Positions 30,425 to 39,774 of a DNA stretch of 42,165 nt are shown in pieces. Source of the stretch: a virus. Each line of letters starts with the position of its first letter. The stretch's first letter is position 1. Under the pieces are notes generated by a model, which made no database searches, was not told where the DNA came from, and worked only from the letters and a program-made list of their open reading frames with translations. Where the stretch lies: the IMG/VR virus record IMGVR_UViG_3300029116_000014, positions 1 to 42,165 of that record. One strand, written 5' to 3'. The position numbers and the translations under genes were made by a program.

Positions 30425-31131
30425 TGTATGATAGAGTAGATGCAAGTAGCGGAGAGAGCCTGTGCCGTACTATGGCGGAGGAATGCGATACCGCGATCTT
30501 AGCATTTTCCACAGGTAAGGACAGCATTGCAGCGTGGTTGCAGCTGAGAAAATATTTCAAGCATGTAATCCCGTATTATTGTTACACCGTGCCAGGTCTG
30601 GAATTCGTCGAAAACAGCCTCGCATACTATGAGGATTTTTTCGGCACTCACATTTACAGGCTGCCGCACAGATCGTTGTACCGCATGCTGCGGAATCTGG
30701 TATTCCAATCGCCGGAGCATGTAACCAAGATCGAGGCGCTGGACTTGCCGGGCGAAGAATATGATGATGCCGAGATCGGCGAGATCATCCGCGAATGCAA
30801 GCGACTGCCGGAATGCGTATACACTGCGACCGGCGTTAGAATGGCAGACAGTCCTATGCGGCGTATTGCCATGAAAACACATGGAGCGATCAACCACAAT
30901 GCAAAGCGGTTCTATCCGGTGTTCGACTGGGTAAAAGCCGACCTGCTGCGCGAATTTGATGCAAGCGGTGTTCGCCTGCCGGTAGACTATAAGCTGTTCG
31001 GCAGAACGTTCGATGGTATTGATTATCGGTTCTTGAAGCCGATCAAGGAGAATTTCCCGAGGGATTACGAAAAGATCATCACATGGTTCCCGCTGGCGGA
31101 ACTGGAGTTATTCAGGAGGGGTGAGCTGTAA
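30424..31131 (+). CDS. PAPS reductase / PP-loop ATPase family protein
   Basis: The GTG start overlaps the upstream TAG (TAGTG), with AGGAGG 8 nt upstream. ILAFSTGKDSIAAW is a PP-loop-type SGGKDS-like motif. It lies next to the terminase genes. Confidence 0.7.
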   Translation: MYDRVDASSGESLCRTMAEECDTAILAFSTGKDSIAAWLQLRKYFKHVIPYYCYTVPGLEFVENSLAYYEDFFGTHIYRLPHRSLYRMLRNLVFQSPEHVTKIEALDLPGEEYDDAEIGEIIRECKRLPECVYTATGVRMADSPMRRIAMKTHGAINHNAKRFYPVFDWVKADLLREFDASGVRLPVDYKLFGRTFDGIDYRFLKPIKENFPRDYEKIITWFPLAELELFRRGEL

Positions 31132-31496
31132 TGGGATATTGGAACGACAACGAAGTTAAGGAAACAAAAGATGATCACATTGAATTAGAGCAGCTCGAAA
31201 GCGAGTGCCTCGATGAGCTGGGAGATGTAGAAAAGAGTTTCCGTGAGCGCATGGGCGCTGAGAATAAGCGATTTAAGGATATGTGCGATACCGAATATTG
31301 GTGCTGCATCTGCTTCACCAGCCGTGCGCAGAAGGAGGAATTTTTGGAGTCTCTGGAGTTTGACGGCGATTTGAAGTATATCGAAGGAAAAGAATTCGCG
31401 CGAGCGGTGAAAAGACCGGTTAAAACCGAGGATTTGCGGTTTGCGCGTATCGGCAAAGGCTCAAAAGATTACTTGAGCAGGCTCATAGATGAGTAA
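31131..31496 (+). CDS. Hypothetical acidic protein (121 aa)
   Basis: ATG overlaps the upstream stop (TAATG). No family recognised. Confidence 0.55.
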   Translation: MGYWNDNEVKETKDDHIELEQLESECLDELGDVEKSFRERMGAENKRFKDMCDTEYWCCICFTSRAQKEEFLESLEFDGDLKYIEGKEFARAVKRPVKTEDLRFARIGKGSKDYLSRLIDE

Positions 31497-31559
31497 AAAA
31501 GACGAAAAGGGCTGTCTTTCGGGATGGCTCTTTTTCATACCCGAAAGGAGGTGTAAGGC

Positions 31560-31682
31560 ATGGGCAATGGTTATGGTAGTAGCAGACTTGCGAACCGTGG
31601 ACGCGTTGGCAATCGTCGCCGTAGCGTAGCGGTTGGCCGTCGTGCGGCTGGCGCTCGTGGCGCCCGCTCGTCCTCAACCTAA
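31560..31682 (+). CDS. Micro-ORF: 40-aa Arg/Gly-rich highly basic peptide
   Basis: AAAGGAGGTG SD. MGNGYGSSRLANRGRVGNRRRSVAVGRRAAGARGARSSST. It is followed by a terminator. Confidence 0.35.
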   Translation: MGNGYGSSRLANRGRVGNRRRSVAVGRRAAGARGARSSST

Positions 31683-31702
31683 GCAAATACAACTCAACAG
31701 AT

Positions 31703-31737
31703 AAAGCACCGAGGTTTTGCCCGGTGCTTTTCTTTTG
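31703..31737 (+). terminator. Rho-independent terminator upstream of terS
   Basis: AAGCACCG-loop-CGGTGCTT forms an 8-bp stem, followed by TTTCTTTTG. Confidence 0.7.
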
Positions 31738-31755
31738 AGGAAAGGAGGTTAGAAG

Positions 31756-32073
31756 ATGCCTAGAGGCAGACCGAAGAAAGCTATTGACCTTGACGCTGTG
31801 CAGGAGCTTGCAAGCGAGGGCAATACGCAAGAAGAAATTTCAAAGGCGCTCGGTTTTTCGCGTGCGACGTTCCACAATCGCAAGGAAGTAACCGAGGCTT
31901 ATTATAAAGGCGTTGCAGAAATGAAGCTGAGCCTGCGACACTGGCAGTTTAACGCTGCCCGTGGCGGTAACATCCAGATGCTTATCTGGTTGGGCAAGCA
32001 GTACCTCGGACAGCGCGACACAGTAGAGGAAAAGATCGAAAGCGAAGGCGTGAAGGTGATTATCGATGTCTGA
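31756..32073 (+). CDS. terS: Terminase small subunit (HTH type)
   Basis: MPRGRPKKAIDLDAVQELASEGNTQEEISKALGFSRATFHNR... It lies immediately upstream of the large subunit and overlaps it. Confidence 0.8.
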   Translation: MPRGRPKKAIDLDAVQELASEGNTQEEISKALGFSRATFHNRKEVTEAYYKGVAEMKLSLRHWQFNAARGGNIQMLIWLGKQYLGQRDTVEEKIESEGVKVIIDV

Positions 32074-33304
32074 GTTGAAGCTCTCGCAGATCATCGGACC
32101 GGCATTTTACGCCGTTGCGCACGATGTGTTTGCACATGGGCACACGCATTACGATGAGAGCGGCGGCCGTGGCTCGCTGAAATCGTCGTTTGTGTCGATT
32201 GTCGTTCCGCTGCTGCTTATCCACAACCCCGGAACGCATGCGCTTGTGTTACGCAAGGTTGCAAACACCATCCGCGATAGTGTATACGCACAGTATGTAT
32301 GGGCAATTGGTGAGCTGGGCATGGCTGACTACTGGGACGCGAAGGTATCGCCGATGGAGCTGATATATCGCCCGACCGGACAGAAAATCATGTTTCGCGG
32401 CGCTGATGACCCGATGAAGATCAAGTCAATCAAGGTTCCGTTTGGTTATATTGCTGTTACGCATTTCGAGGAGAAAGACCAGTTCTCAGGACGCGCGGAA
32501 ATCCGAACGATCTTGCAGTCTACAATGCGCGGCGGTGATAAGTATTGGAACTTTGAGAGTTATAACCCTCCGATCAGCCGCGACAACTGGGCGAACAAGG
32601 ATAGTTTAGAAGAACGCCCTGACCGTCTCTGCCACCGCAGCACGTACCTTGAAGCGCCGCGCGAGTGGTTGGGCGATCAGTTTATTTATGAGGCGGAGCA
32701 CCTAAAACTGACGAACGAACGAGCGTATCAGCATGAATACCTCGGCATTCCGGTTGGCACGGGTGGCAATGTCTTTGAAAACCTTGAACTGCGAGAAATC
32801 ACAGATGATGAGGTGGCAACGTTCGATCGTATCTATCAAGGCGCTGACTGGGGATGGTTCCCCGACCCGTTCGCTTTTATCCGCGTCCACTACGACAGAG
32901 CGCGTGAGACGGTGTATTTTATCGATGAGATATACAAAAACAAGCTGAGTAACGAGGAAAGCGCCGGTATTATCATGGAGCGCGGCTATAATGATACGTT
33001 TATCACCTGCGACAGTGCAGAGCCAAAAAGCGTTGCAGACTACCGCGCTATGCGACTGCCTGCCAAAGAGGCCGTGAAGGGTCCCGGCAGCGTCGAGTAC
33101 GGCATGAAGTGGCTACAGCGCAGGACACTTGTCATCGACCGCAAGCGAACGCCGCACGCCTATGATGAGTTTGTGAACTATGAGTATGAGCGCGACAAGG
33201 ACGGCGAGATCATCAGCGGCTATCCAGATGAAAAGAACCATCTGATTGACGCCACGAGATACGCCCTTGAGCGCGTTTACAGAAGAATGGGAGTGATTGC
33301 TTGA
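32066..33304 (+). CDS. terL: Terminase large subunit (PBSX/Terminase_3-like)
   Basis: 412 aa. Walker A-like ESGGRGSLKSS, a nuclease-half pattern (GADWGW...DPFAF, CDSAEPKS, HLIDATRYAL), and the expected position. Confidence 0.9.
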   Translation: MSELKLSQIIGPAFYAVAHDVFAHGHTHYDESGGRGSLKSSFVSIVVPLLLIHNPGTHALVLRKVANTIRDSVYAQYVWAIGELGMADYWDAKVSPMELIYRPTGQKIMFRGADDPMKIKSIKVPFGYIAVTHFEEKDQFSGRAEIRTILQSTMRGGDKYWNFESYNPPISRDNWANKDSLEERPDRLCHRSTYLEAPREWLGDQFIYEAEHLKLTNERAYQHEYLGIPVGTGGNVFENLELREITDDEVATFDRIYQGADWGWFPDPFAFIRVHYDRARETVYFIDEIYKNKLSNEESAGIIMERGYNDTFITCDSAEPKSVADYRAMRLPAKEAVKGPGSVEYGMKWLQRRTLVIDRKRTPHAYDEFVNYEYERDKDGEIISGYPDEKNHLIDATRYALERVYRRMGVIA

Positions 33305-34722
33305 CGATCATTGAAAAACTGAAAGAGCTCGGCTATAACACAATCGCCCCCGAGTTTTACGGTAAGGTTGCGGAGTGGCGCAGCTGGTATGTGGGTGATG
33401 TGAAGTCATTCCACCATTACAAGGTGCGGAACTGCGGCCGAACCGTGCATTGCAAGCGATATACGCTCGGTATGGCGAAGAAGTTAGCCGAGGACTGGGC
33501 GAACCTGCTCATGAACGAAAAGGTGAATATCACCTTGGAGGGCGAGAAAGAACAGGCGTTCGTCGACCGCATCTTTGAAGAGAACAACTTCGAGGTAAAG
33601 GCGAACGAGATGCAGGAAATGAAGTCTGCACTGGGTACGGTCGCATACATTCCGCGTGTTGTCGGTGCAGTGTCGGACGGCGAACAGCCTATTGCGGGCG
33701 CAGCAAACGGCATTCAGATTGATTATGTGACTGTAGAACACATTTTCCCTCTGGCATGGCAGAACGGCGTTATCATGGAATGCGCGTTCGACAGCAGAAC
33801 CGCCGTGAAAGGCGAGGATTACTGCTATCTGCAAATCCACAAGCGAAATGAAAACGGCTTTTACGACATCGAAAACCGCATTTTCAAAATCACAAATGAA
33901 AGTTTGTCTGAAGAAAGCCTTGCAAGCGTGCCGGGGTTTGAAAAAATTCCACCCGTTGTGCATACCGCTTCGAACAAGCGGCGGTTTGTGATTGATCGTT
34001 TGAACATCGCGAACAACTTTGATTATTACATTCCGCTCGGCATTCCGGTCTATGCAAACGCGATTGACGTTCTGAAAGGCGTTGATATCGCATACGACAG
34101 CTATGTAAACGAGTTTCTGCTCGGCAAAAAGCGCATTATGGTCAAGCCTGCTGCAACGCAGTATCTTGACGGTGAGCCGGTGTTTGACCCGGACGAGCTC
34201 GCATATTATGTGCTGCCGGAGGATACGCAGGACGGCAATGTAATTGAGCCTATCGACATGTCGCTGCGAACCAGTGAGCATAACCGGGGCATTCAAGATC
34301 AGCTGAACCTACTGTCAACCAAGACAGGTTTCGGCGAGAGCTATTATCACTTCGACGGCGCAAGCGTTGCAACCGCCACGCAGGTAATCAGCGAAAACAG
34401 CACCATGTTCCGCACGATCAAGAAGCATGAAATCATCCTTGAGCAGGCACTTGTGGAGCTGTGTCGCATTATTCTGCGGCTCGGAAATGACGCGATGAAC
34501 GCCGGGCTGAACGAGGATGTGGAAATCAGCATTGACTTTGATGACAGCATCATCGAGGATAAGGGCACGGACTTCACGCGAGACATGCAACTGCTTAACG
34601 CAGGCATAATGAACGACTGGGAATTCCGCGCTAAGTGGCTCAATGAAGATGATGAGACGGCGAAGAAAATGCTGCCTAAAGCGCAGGATATGACAGACGA
34701 GGGGGAAGATGAGATTGAATGA
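33301..34722 (+). CDS. Portal protein (SPP1 gp6-like)
   Basis: 473 aa. The TTG start overlaps the terL stop. Size, position and acidic C-terminus fit a portal protein. Confidence 0.85.
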   Translation: MTIIEKLKELGYNTIAPEFYGKVAEWRSWYVGDVKSFHHYKVRNCGRTVHCKRYTLGMAKKLAEDWANLLMNEKVNITLEGEKEQAFVDRIFEENNFEVKANEMQEMKSALGTVAYIPRVVGAVSDGEQPIAGAANGIQIDYVTVEHIFPLAWQNGVIMECAFDSRTAVKGEDYCYLQIHKRNENGFYDIENRIFKITNESLSEESLASVPGFEKIPPVVHTASNKRRFVIDRLNIANNFDYYIPLGIPVYANAIDVLKGVDIAYDSYVNEFLLGKKRIMVKPAATQYLDGEPVFDPDELAYYVLPEDTQDGNVIEPIDMSLRTSEHNRGIQDQLNLLSTKTGFGESYYHFDGASVATATQVISENSTMFRTIKKHEIILEQALVELCRIILRLGNDAMNAGLNEDVEISIDFDDSIIEDKGTDFTRDMQLLNAGIMNDWEFRAKWLNEDDETAKKMLPKAQDMTDEGEDEIE

Positions 34723-35888
34723 AGTATCCAATCACACCGGAATACCTCGACGCAGCGCCCGAACCGATTGCGATTGCAATGCGAGAGCTCGAAAAGGACA
34801 TCTTGCGCGAGATATGTTCACGCTTTAAGCTGACCGGCGAACTGAACGAGGCTGCCATGAACAATATCCGCGCTCTGCGTGCGCAAGGCCTCGACATGGA
34901 GACCATCGAGAAAATGATAGCGAAGCACAGCAAGGAAACACTGCCTCAGGTGCAGGAAGCACTTGACCGTGTTGTTGAATACAACCAGAAGTATTACAAC
35001 GAGCTTGCAAGCAAGGCGAGCATTGCTGAACCGCTTTTCTGGATGACGGCTGCGGATATCGCGCAGATACAGTCACAGACGCTTGACGGATACCGCAACA
35101 TTACACGCTCTCTCGGTTTTGCACTGCAAACAAACGGAAAGGTTACATTTCAGTCGATTGCAAAGGCGTATCAAGCCGCCCTTGACAAAGCAGAAGTGAA
35201 AATGCAGTCCGGCGCGTTTACGTTGCAGCAGTCACTTGAGGATGCAGTTAGAGAGCTGGCAGACAGCGGCATATACACGATCGACTATGCGACAGGGCAT
35301 AGAGACCGTGCAGACGTTGCAGCGCGCAGAGCTATTTTCACGGGGCTAAATCAGCTCACCTCGAAATATACGGAAACAGCTGCGGAAACACTGGAAACTG
35401 ACCTGTACGAAATCACCGCCCATCGCGGCGCGCGTGATAAAGGCACAGGATGGAAGAACCACAAGGCATGGCAAGGCAAGGTTTACAGCACGAAAGACGG
35501 CAGCAAATACCCGAATATTTACAAGGTTTGTGGATTGGGTGCTGTTGACGGTCTGGAGGGCGCTAACTGTAGGCATCATCGGCATGCGTTTTTAGAGGGC
35601 GTTTCTGAGCGCGTCTACACAGACGACGAGCTTGCGAACATCGACCCACCTCCTGTGGAGTTCGAGGGACGCACGTACAGCGCCTATGAAGCAACGCAAA
35701 TGCAACGCAAGATGGAACGCACAGTGCGCAAACTGGAGCGCCGCAGAGCCGCGTACAACGCCGCAGGAATGACGGGCAAGGAAGAGCAAACAGGAATCCG
35801 CATTCGCCGATTGAAGAAAGAATATCGCGAATTCAGCCGGGCGGCGAGCCTGCCGACGCAGACCAACCGCATGAAAGTAATTGAATAA
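34719..35888 (+). CDS. Minor head / head morphogenesis protein (SPP1 gp7 / Mu F-like)
   Basis: 389 aa following the portal. It has YEITAHRGARDKGTGWKNHKAWQGKVYS...CRHHRHAF. Confidence 0.8.
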   Translation: MKYPITPEYLDAAPEPIAIAMRELEKDILREICSRFKLTGELNEAAMNNIRALRAQGLDMETIEKMIAKHSKETLPQVQEALDRVVEYNQKYYNELASKASIAEPLFWMTAADIAQIQSQTLDGYRNITRSLGFALQTNGKVTFQSIAKAYQAALDKAEVKMQSGAFTLQQSLEDAVRELADSGIYTIDYATGHRDRADVAARRAIFTGLNQLTSKYTETAAETLETDLYEITAHRGARDKGTGWKNHKAWQGKVYSTKDGSKYPNIYKVCGLGAVDGLEGANCRHHRHAFLEGVSERVYTDDELANIDPPPVEFEGRTYSAYEATQMQRKMERTVRKLERRRAAYNAAGMTGKEEQTGIRIRRLKKEYREFSRAASLPTQTNRMKVIE

Positions 35889-35891
35889 TTG

Positions 35892-35917
35892 GCATCGTGG
35901 AAACACGGTGCTTTTTT
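35892..35917 (+). terminator. Rho-independent terminator between the head morphogenesis and scaffold genes
   Basis: GCATCGTG-GAAA-CACGGTGC forms an 8-bp stem (one G-U pair), followed by TTTTTT. Confidence 0.8.
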
Positions 35918-35959
35918 ATTGCCAAATTGTCCGACAGGACGTTAAACAAGGAGACCACA

Positions 35960-36472
35960 ATGGAAAACAACGCTACCAACACCAACGCGCCGGGCGCGGA
36001 AAACAACACTGCTGCACAGCAGGAAAAGACGTTTACGCAGGCAGATGTAGACAAGATGATCCAGTCTCGCCTTGACCGTGAACGGAAGAAGATGCCCAGC
36101 GAGGAAGAGCTGACCGCATTCCGCACGTGGAAAGACAGCCAGCAGACCGAGCAGGACAGAATGAACAACATCACCAAGGAGCGCGACGCCGCAGTAAGCA
36201 ACCTTTCGACGGCGAACGCGAAGATCGAACAGCTTGAGCATGAAAAATACGTTTCGTCCAAGGGTTTTACCGGTGACGAGGCGGAATTTATCGCGTTCAA
36301 GGCTGCGAAGATGGTAGATGACAAGACCACCTTTGAACAGGCAGTGGATGCAATCGCGCAGGAACGTCGGCCGCGAACCTCGTTTGATTGGACTGCGCCT
36401 GTTGGCGATGGCAACCAGAAAAACGCCCCCAACGCGGCAATGAACGCGCTTATCCGTGGGGCAATCAAGTAA
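35960..36472 (+). CDS. Capsid scaffolding protein
   Basis: Internal ATG of ORF 35897..36472, preceded by AAGGAGA. 170 aa, coiled-coil-rich, directly upstream of the major capsid gene. Confidence 0.75.
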   Translation: MENNATNTNAPGAENNTAAQQEKTFTQADVDKMIQSRLDRERKKMPSEEELTAFRTWKDSQQTEQDRMNNITKERDAAVSNLSTANAKIEQLEHEKYVSSKGFTGDEAEFIAFKAAKMVDDKTTFEQAVDAIAQERRPRTSFDWTAPVGDGNQKNAPNAAMNALIRGAIK

Positions 36473-36490
36473 GAAAAGGAGCTTTTAACA

Positions 36491-37723
36491 ATGGCAAATA
36501 ACGTAATTGACCGCAATTCCCTTTCCGGCCTCATCCCGGAGCCGGTAACTCGTGAAATCCTTCAGGGCGCTGTTGCAGAGTCGGCAGTGCTGCGTATGGC
36601 TCGCCGCCTGCCGAACATGACCAGCAAGACCCAGACCATGAACGTTCTGGATATGCTGCCGACCGCTTACTGGGTAAACGGCGAGGTTTCCGGCACTGGC
36701 GCGGCTGACTCCGCAGCGTACAAGCAGACCACCAAGATGGCATGGGACAAGAAGAAGATTTACGCCGAGGAAATCGCGGTAATCGTCCCCATCCCGGAGG
36801 CAGTTCTGGATGATGCGGATTACGACATCTGGGGTGAAGTTCGTCCGCGTCTGGTCGAGGCGTTCGGCAAGAAGATTGACGCCGCAATCCTGTTCGGTGC
36901 TGACAAGCCGACCACGTGGCGTGATGGCGTTGTCCCGTCTGCGATTGCAGCAGGCAACGGCGTTCCGACCTCTACCGACACTTTCGGCGACATCATGGGC
37001 GAGAACGGCCTTATCGCAAAGGTTGAACTGGACGGCTACAGCCCGAACGGCGTTGTATCCGCCGTACAGATGCGCGGCAAGCTGCGCGGTCTGGTAGATA
37101 CCACCGGTCAGCCGATCTTTAAGACTGACATGCAGGGCGCGTCTCGCTACGCTCTGGACGGCATGGATATGTATTTCCCGAACAACGGCGCGTTTGACCC
37201 GACGCTCGCAAAGATGATTGTCGGCGACTGGTCGCAGCTCGTTTACGCCATCCGTCAGGACATCACGTTCAAGATCTTCACCGAGGGCGTTATTCAGGAT
37301 CCGTCTACCAAGGCAATCCAGTACAACCTCATGCAGAACGACATGGTTGCGCTGCGCGCGGTTATGCGCCTCGGCTGGGAGATCGCAAACCCGGTAACTG
37401 CATTTAATGCGGACATGGAAAACCCGTTCCCGTTCTCCGTTTACGGCAACGGCGGCACTGTTTCCACTGTAAAGGTAACTCCGGCGACTGCAAGCCTTGC
37501 AGCGGGCGGTTCCAAGCTGTTTACTGCGGCTGTAACCGGTAACGGCATTGTTTCCGACAGCGTATCGTGGAGTGTTTCCGGCGGCGCAAAGGCTAACACC
37601 AAGATCACCGAAGACGGCCTGCTGACCGTTGACAAGGCGGAGACTGCATCGAGCCTCACGGTAACTGCTGAGTCGAAGCAGGACGCAAGCAAGAGCGGCA
37701 CCGCATCCGTAACCCTTTCGTAA
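36491..37723 (+). CDS. Major capsid protein (HK97-fold type) with a C-terminal Ig-like (Big_2-type) domain
   Basis: 410 aa at the expected position. The C-terminal ~85 aa (VKVTPATASLAAGGSKLFTAAVTG...VSWSVSGG...ITEDGLLTV...LTVTAES) matches the bacterial Ig-like pattern. Confidence 0.85.
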   Translation: MANNVIDRNSLSGLIPEPVTREILQGAVAESAVLRMARRLPNMTSKTQTMNVLDMLPTAYWVNGEVSGTGAADSAAYKQTTKMAWDKKKIYAEEIAVIVPIPEAVLDDADYDIWGEVRPRLVEAFGKKIDAAILFGADKPTTWRDGVVPSAIAAGNGVPTSTDTFGDIMGENGLIAKVELDGYSPNGVVSAVQMRGKLRGLVDTTGQPIFKTDMQGASRYALDGMDMYFPNNGAFDPTLAKMIVGDWSQLVYAIRQDITFKIFTEGVIQDPSTKAIQYNLMQNDMVALRAVMRLGWEIANPVTAFNADMENPFPFSVYGNGGTVSTVKVTPATASLAAGGSKLFTAAVTGNGIVSDSVSWSVSGGAKANTKITEDGLLTVDKAETASSLTVTAESKQDASKSGTASVTLS

Positions 37724-37736
37724 GGAGAAAACGCAA

Positions 37737-38123
37737 ATGGTAGATTATGCATATTACAAGGATACGTACCTCGGCAACCAGATTGCCGAGGACGAGTTTC
37801 CGCGCCTTGAAAGCCGCGCTGTAGCATATCTTACCTATCTTACGCGCGGAAGAATTGACGATAGCGAGCCTGCAAAGATGGCGTGCTGTGCGGTCGCGGA
37901 GCAGTATCAAGTGATTGATACGCTCCAAACTCGCGCGGCATCTGCTGAGCAGGAGAAACAGAGCGAGAGCGTTGGCTCTTGGTCTGTAAGCTATCGCAGC
38001 GGCACGGAGGCAATGCAGGAGGCAAAGGCACAGCTTAAAGCGGCTGCGGAAATGTATCTTGCAAATACCGGAATGCTGTACCGAGGTGGGAGGTGTCGCA
38101 AATGCGATTACCTCACACTGTAA
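37737..38123 (+). CDS. Head-tail connector (gp6-like adaptor)
   Basis: MVDYAYYKDTYLGNQIAEDEFPRLESRAVAYL... is typical of head-tail connector proteins, and the position fits. Confidence 0.7.
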   Translation: MVDYAYYKDTYLGNQIAEDEFPRLESRAVAYLTYLTRGRIDDSEPAKMACCAVAEQYQVIDTLQTRAASAEQEKQSESVGSWSVSYRSGTEAMQEAKAQLKAAAEMYLANTGMLYRGGRCRKCDYLTL

Positions 38124-38413
38124 CGCTGTTTCAGCCGTCCGGCAGAACCGTTTTAACCGGTGTGCTGTTGGAAAGCACGAGAGGAACGGCAGTAACGAAG
38201 AACGCGCAGAACAGCGCGGATTCGGTCACTCTGCATATTCCAATTCCGTTCGATTTAATAGTTTCGCCGGAAAAGGATTATTTCGCGCGTGGTGACATTC
38301 CGGACGAAGGAAGTTACCAGAAATGCCGCGAAAAGCATGAAACATACCGCGTTACAAGCGTTTCGTTGTATGACTACGGCGGGCTACAGCATTTGGAGGT
38401 GGGCGGCCGATGA
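38102..38413 (+). CDS. Head closure / head-tail joining protein
   Basis: ATG 38102 preceded by GGGAGGTG. 103 aa. Assigned by position. Confidence 0.55.
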   Translation: MRLPHTVTLFQPSGRTVLTGVLLESTRGTAVTKNAQNSADSVTLHIPIPFDLIVSPEKDYFARGDIPDEGSYQKCREKHETYRVTSVSLYDYGGLQHLEVGGR

Positions 38414-38808
38414 TTCGATACTCTCTGAACATCAAGCTACCGGATAACGTACTGAGCAAGCGCGTTGAAAAGGCGAATGCATGGTTAGTGGAGGAAATCA
38501 TAAAAGATACAGATCAGTTTGTGCCTGCCCGCACCGGCGTATTGGCTATGAACGTGCAGCGGCACGGGCATACCATCGTTTATGCGTCCCCATATGCGCG
38601 GTTTCAGTATTACGGCAAGGTCATGATAGACCCCGCAACTGGCAGCACGTTCGCGCCTGCTGGCGTAAGAAAAGTGGTTACCGATAGACCGCTGAAATAC
38701 AACAAATCCATGCACAAGCACGCGCAATCGCATTGGTTTGAAGCAAGTAAGGCGGTTTACGGTCCGCACTGGGAGGAAGGAGTGCGAAAAATTCTGACCG
38801 ATGGCTGA
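38410..38808 (+). CDS. Minor capsid / tail-completion protein (HK97 gp10-like position)
   Basis: 132 aa. DTDQFVPARTGVLAMN...YASPYARFQYYG resembles the recalled minor capsid protein family. Confidence 0.6.
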   Translation: MIRYSLNIKLPDNVLSKRVEKANAWLVEEIIKDTDQFVPARTGVLAMNVQRHGHTIVYASPYARFQYYGKVMIDPATGSTFAPAGVRKVVTDRPLKYNKSMHKHAQSHWFEASKAVYGPHWEEGVRKILTDG

Positions 38809-39235
38809 GAAAGTGAAATTACTGACGGCACGCGATCAAGATAACATTTCGAAAGCCGTTTTTTTATGGCTGCAAGGCTATAAGCCGGACATGGAGTTTG
38901 AATATCTCCCGCCGGAACGCTCGGGAATCATGCTTACAACGGTACAGGCGGCGTTTAAGACGGCGCAATACATTGATGGCGGCTACGCAGCACAGTACCA
39001 GTTTGGCGTTATGTATCGAGCGCTCCCAACAACCAGCGGCGAACGCTTAGATGTTGAATCCCTGCTGAATGAACTCGGAACATGGGCGGAAGAAAACCCG
39101 CCGGATTTAGGCGAGGGAATTACCGTCACCGATGTTGAACGCACTACCCGCGCCGGGCTTGTGGCAAGATACGAAGATTTAACCGAGGATTATCAAATCC
39201 TCATGACCATCAAATTTGAAGTAGAGGTGCAATAA
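38801..39235 (+). CDS. Tail terminator / minor capsid protein
   Basis: 144 aa, directly upstream of the major tail protein. Confidence 0.55.
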   Translation: MAEKVKLLTARDQDNISKAVFLWLQGYKPDMEFEYLPPERSGIMLTTVQAAFKTAQYIDGGYAAQYQFGVMYRALPTTSGERLDVESLLNELGTWAEENPPDLGEGITVTDVERTTRAGLVARYEDLTEDYQILMTIKFEVEVQ

Positions 39236-39760
39236 ATGGCAACTGTTGAAAAGATTAAGCGTCCGCTTATCGCCCATTTTCTGGACACGTCCGACAAGAT
39301 GGGCGAGTATTCGGCGGCAAAGTTTAAGCGTATCGGCAAGAACGTAACTGAAGCTTCCACCGATTACGGCGCACAGACCGAGACGGAGCAGGACATTATT
39401 TCTGATTCTGCGACTACTGAGATTACCGGCTATCAGCCGACCATGAGCGTTTCTCAGCAGTGCACCAAAGGCGATGACGTGTTTGAGTTTATCGACAAGA
39501 AGCGTCGCGCTCGTGCTACTCTGGCAGATTCCCACGCATGGCTGCTGAATGTGGACATGTGGAATGCTACCAGCGACAGCGACACTGCGACTTATGTTGC
39601 AGAGGTGCAGGAAGTATCTGTACAGGTTGATACCTACGGCGGCGCAGGCGGCGAATCTCCGACGCTGGAATATACGCTGAACTATGTAGGCGACCCGATT
39701 CCGGGCACTGTTAAGATCACCGGCGGCGCACCGGTATTCACTGCGAACGTATCCGTATAA
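39236..39760 (+). CDS. Major tail protein
   Basis: 174 aa. Lies between the head-tail joining genes and the tail chaperones. Beta-rich sequence. Confidence 0.75.
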   Translation: MATVEKIKRPLIAHFLDTSDKMGEYSAAKFKRIGKNVTEASTDYGAQTETEQDIISDSATTEITGYQPTMSVSQQCTKGDDVFEFIDKKRRARATLADSHAWLLNVDMWNATSDSDTATYVAEVQEVSVQVDTYGGAGGESPTLEYTLNYVGDPIPGTVKITGGAPVFTANVSV

Positions 39761-39774
39761 GGAGGTAACGAGGA

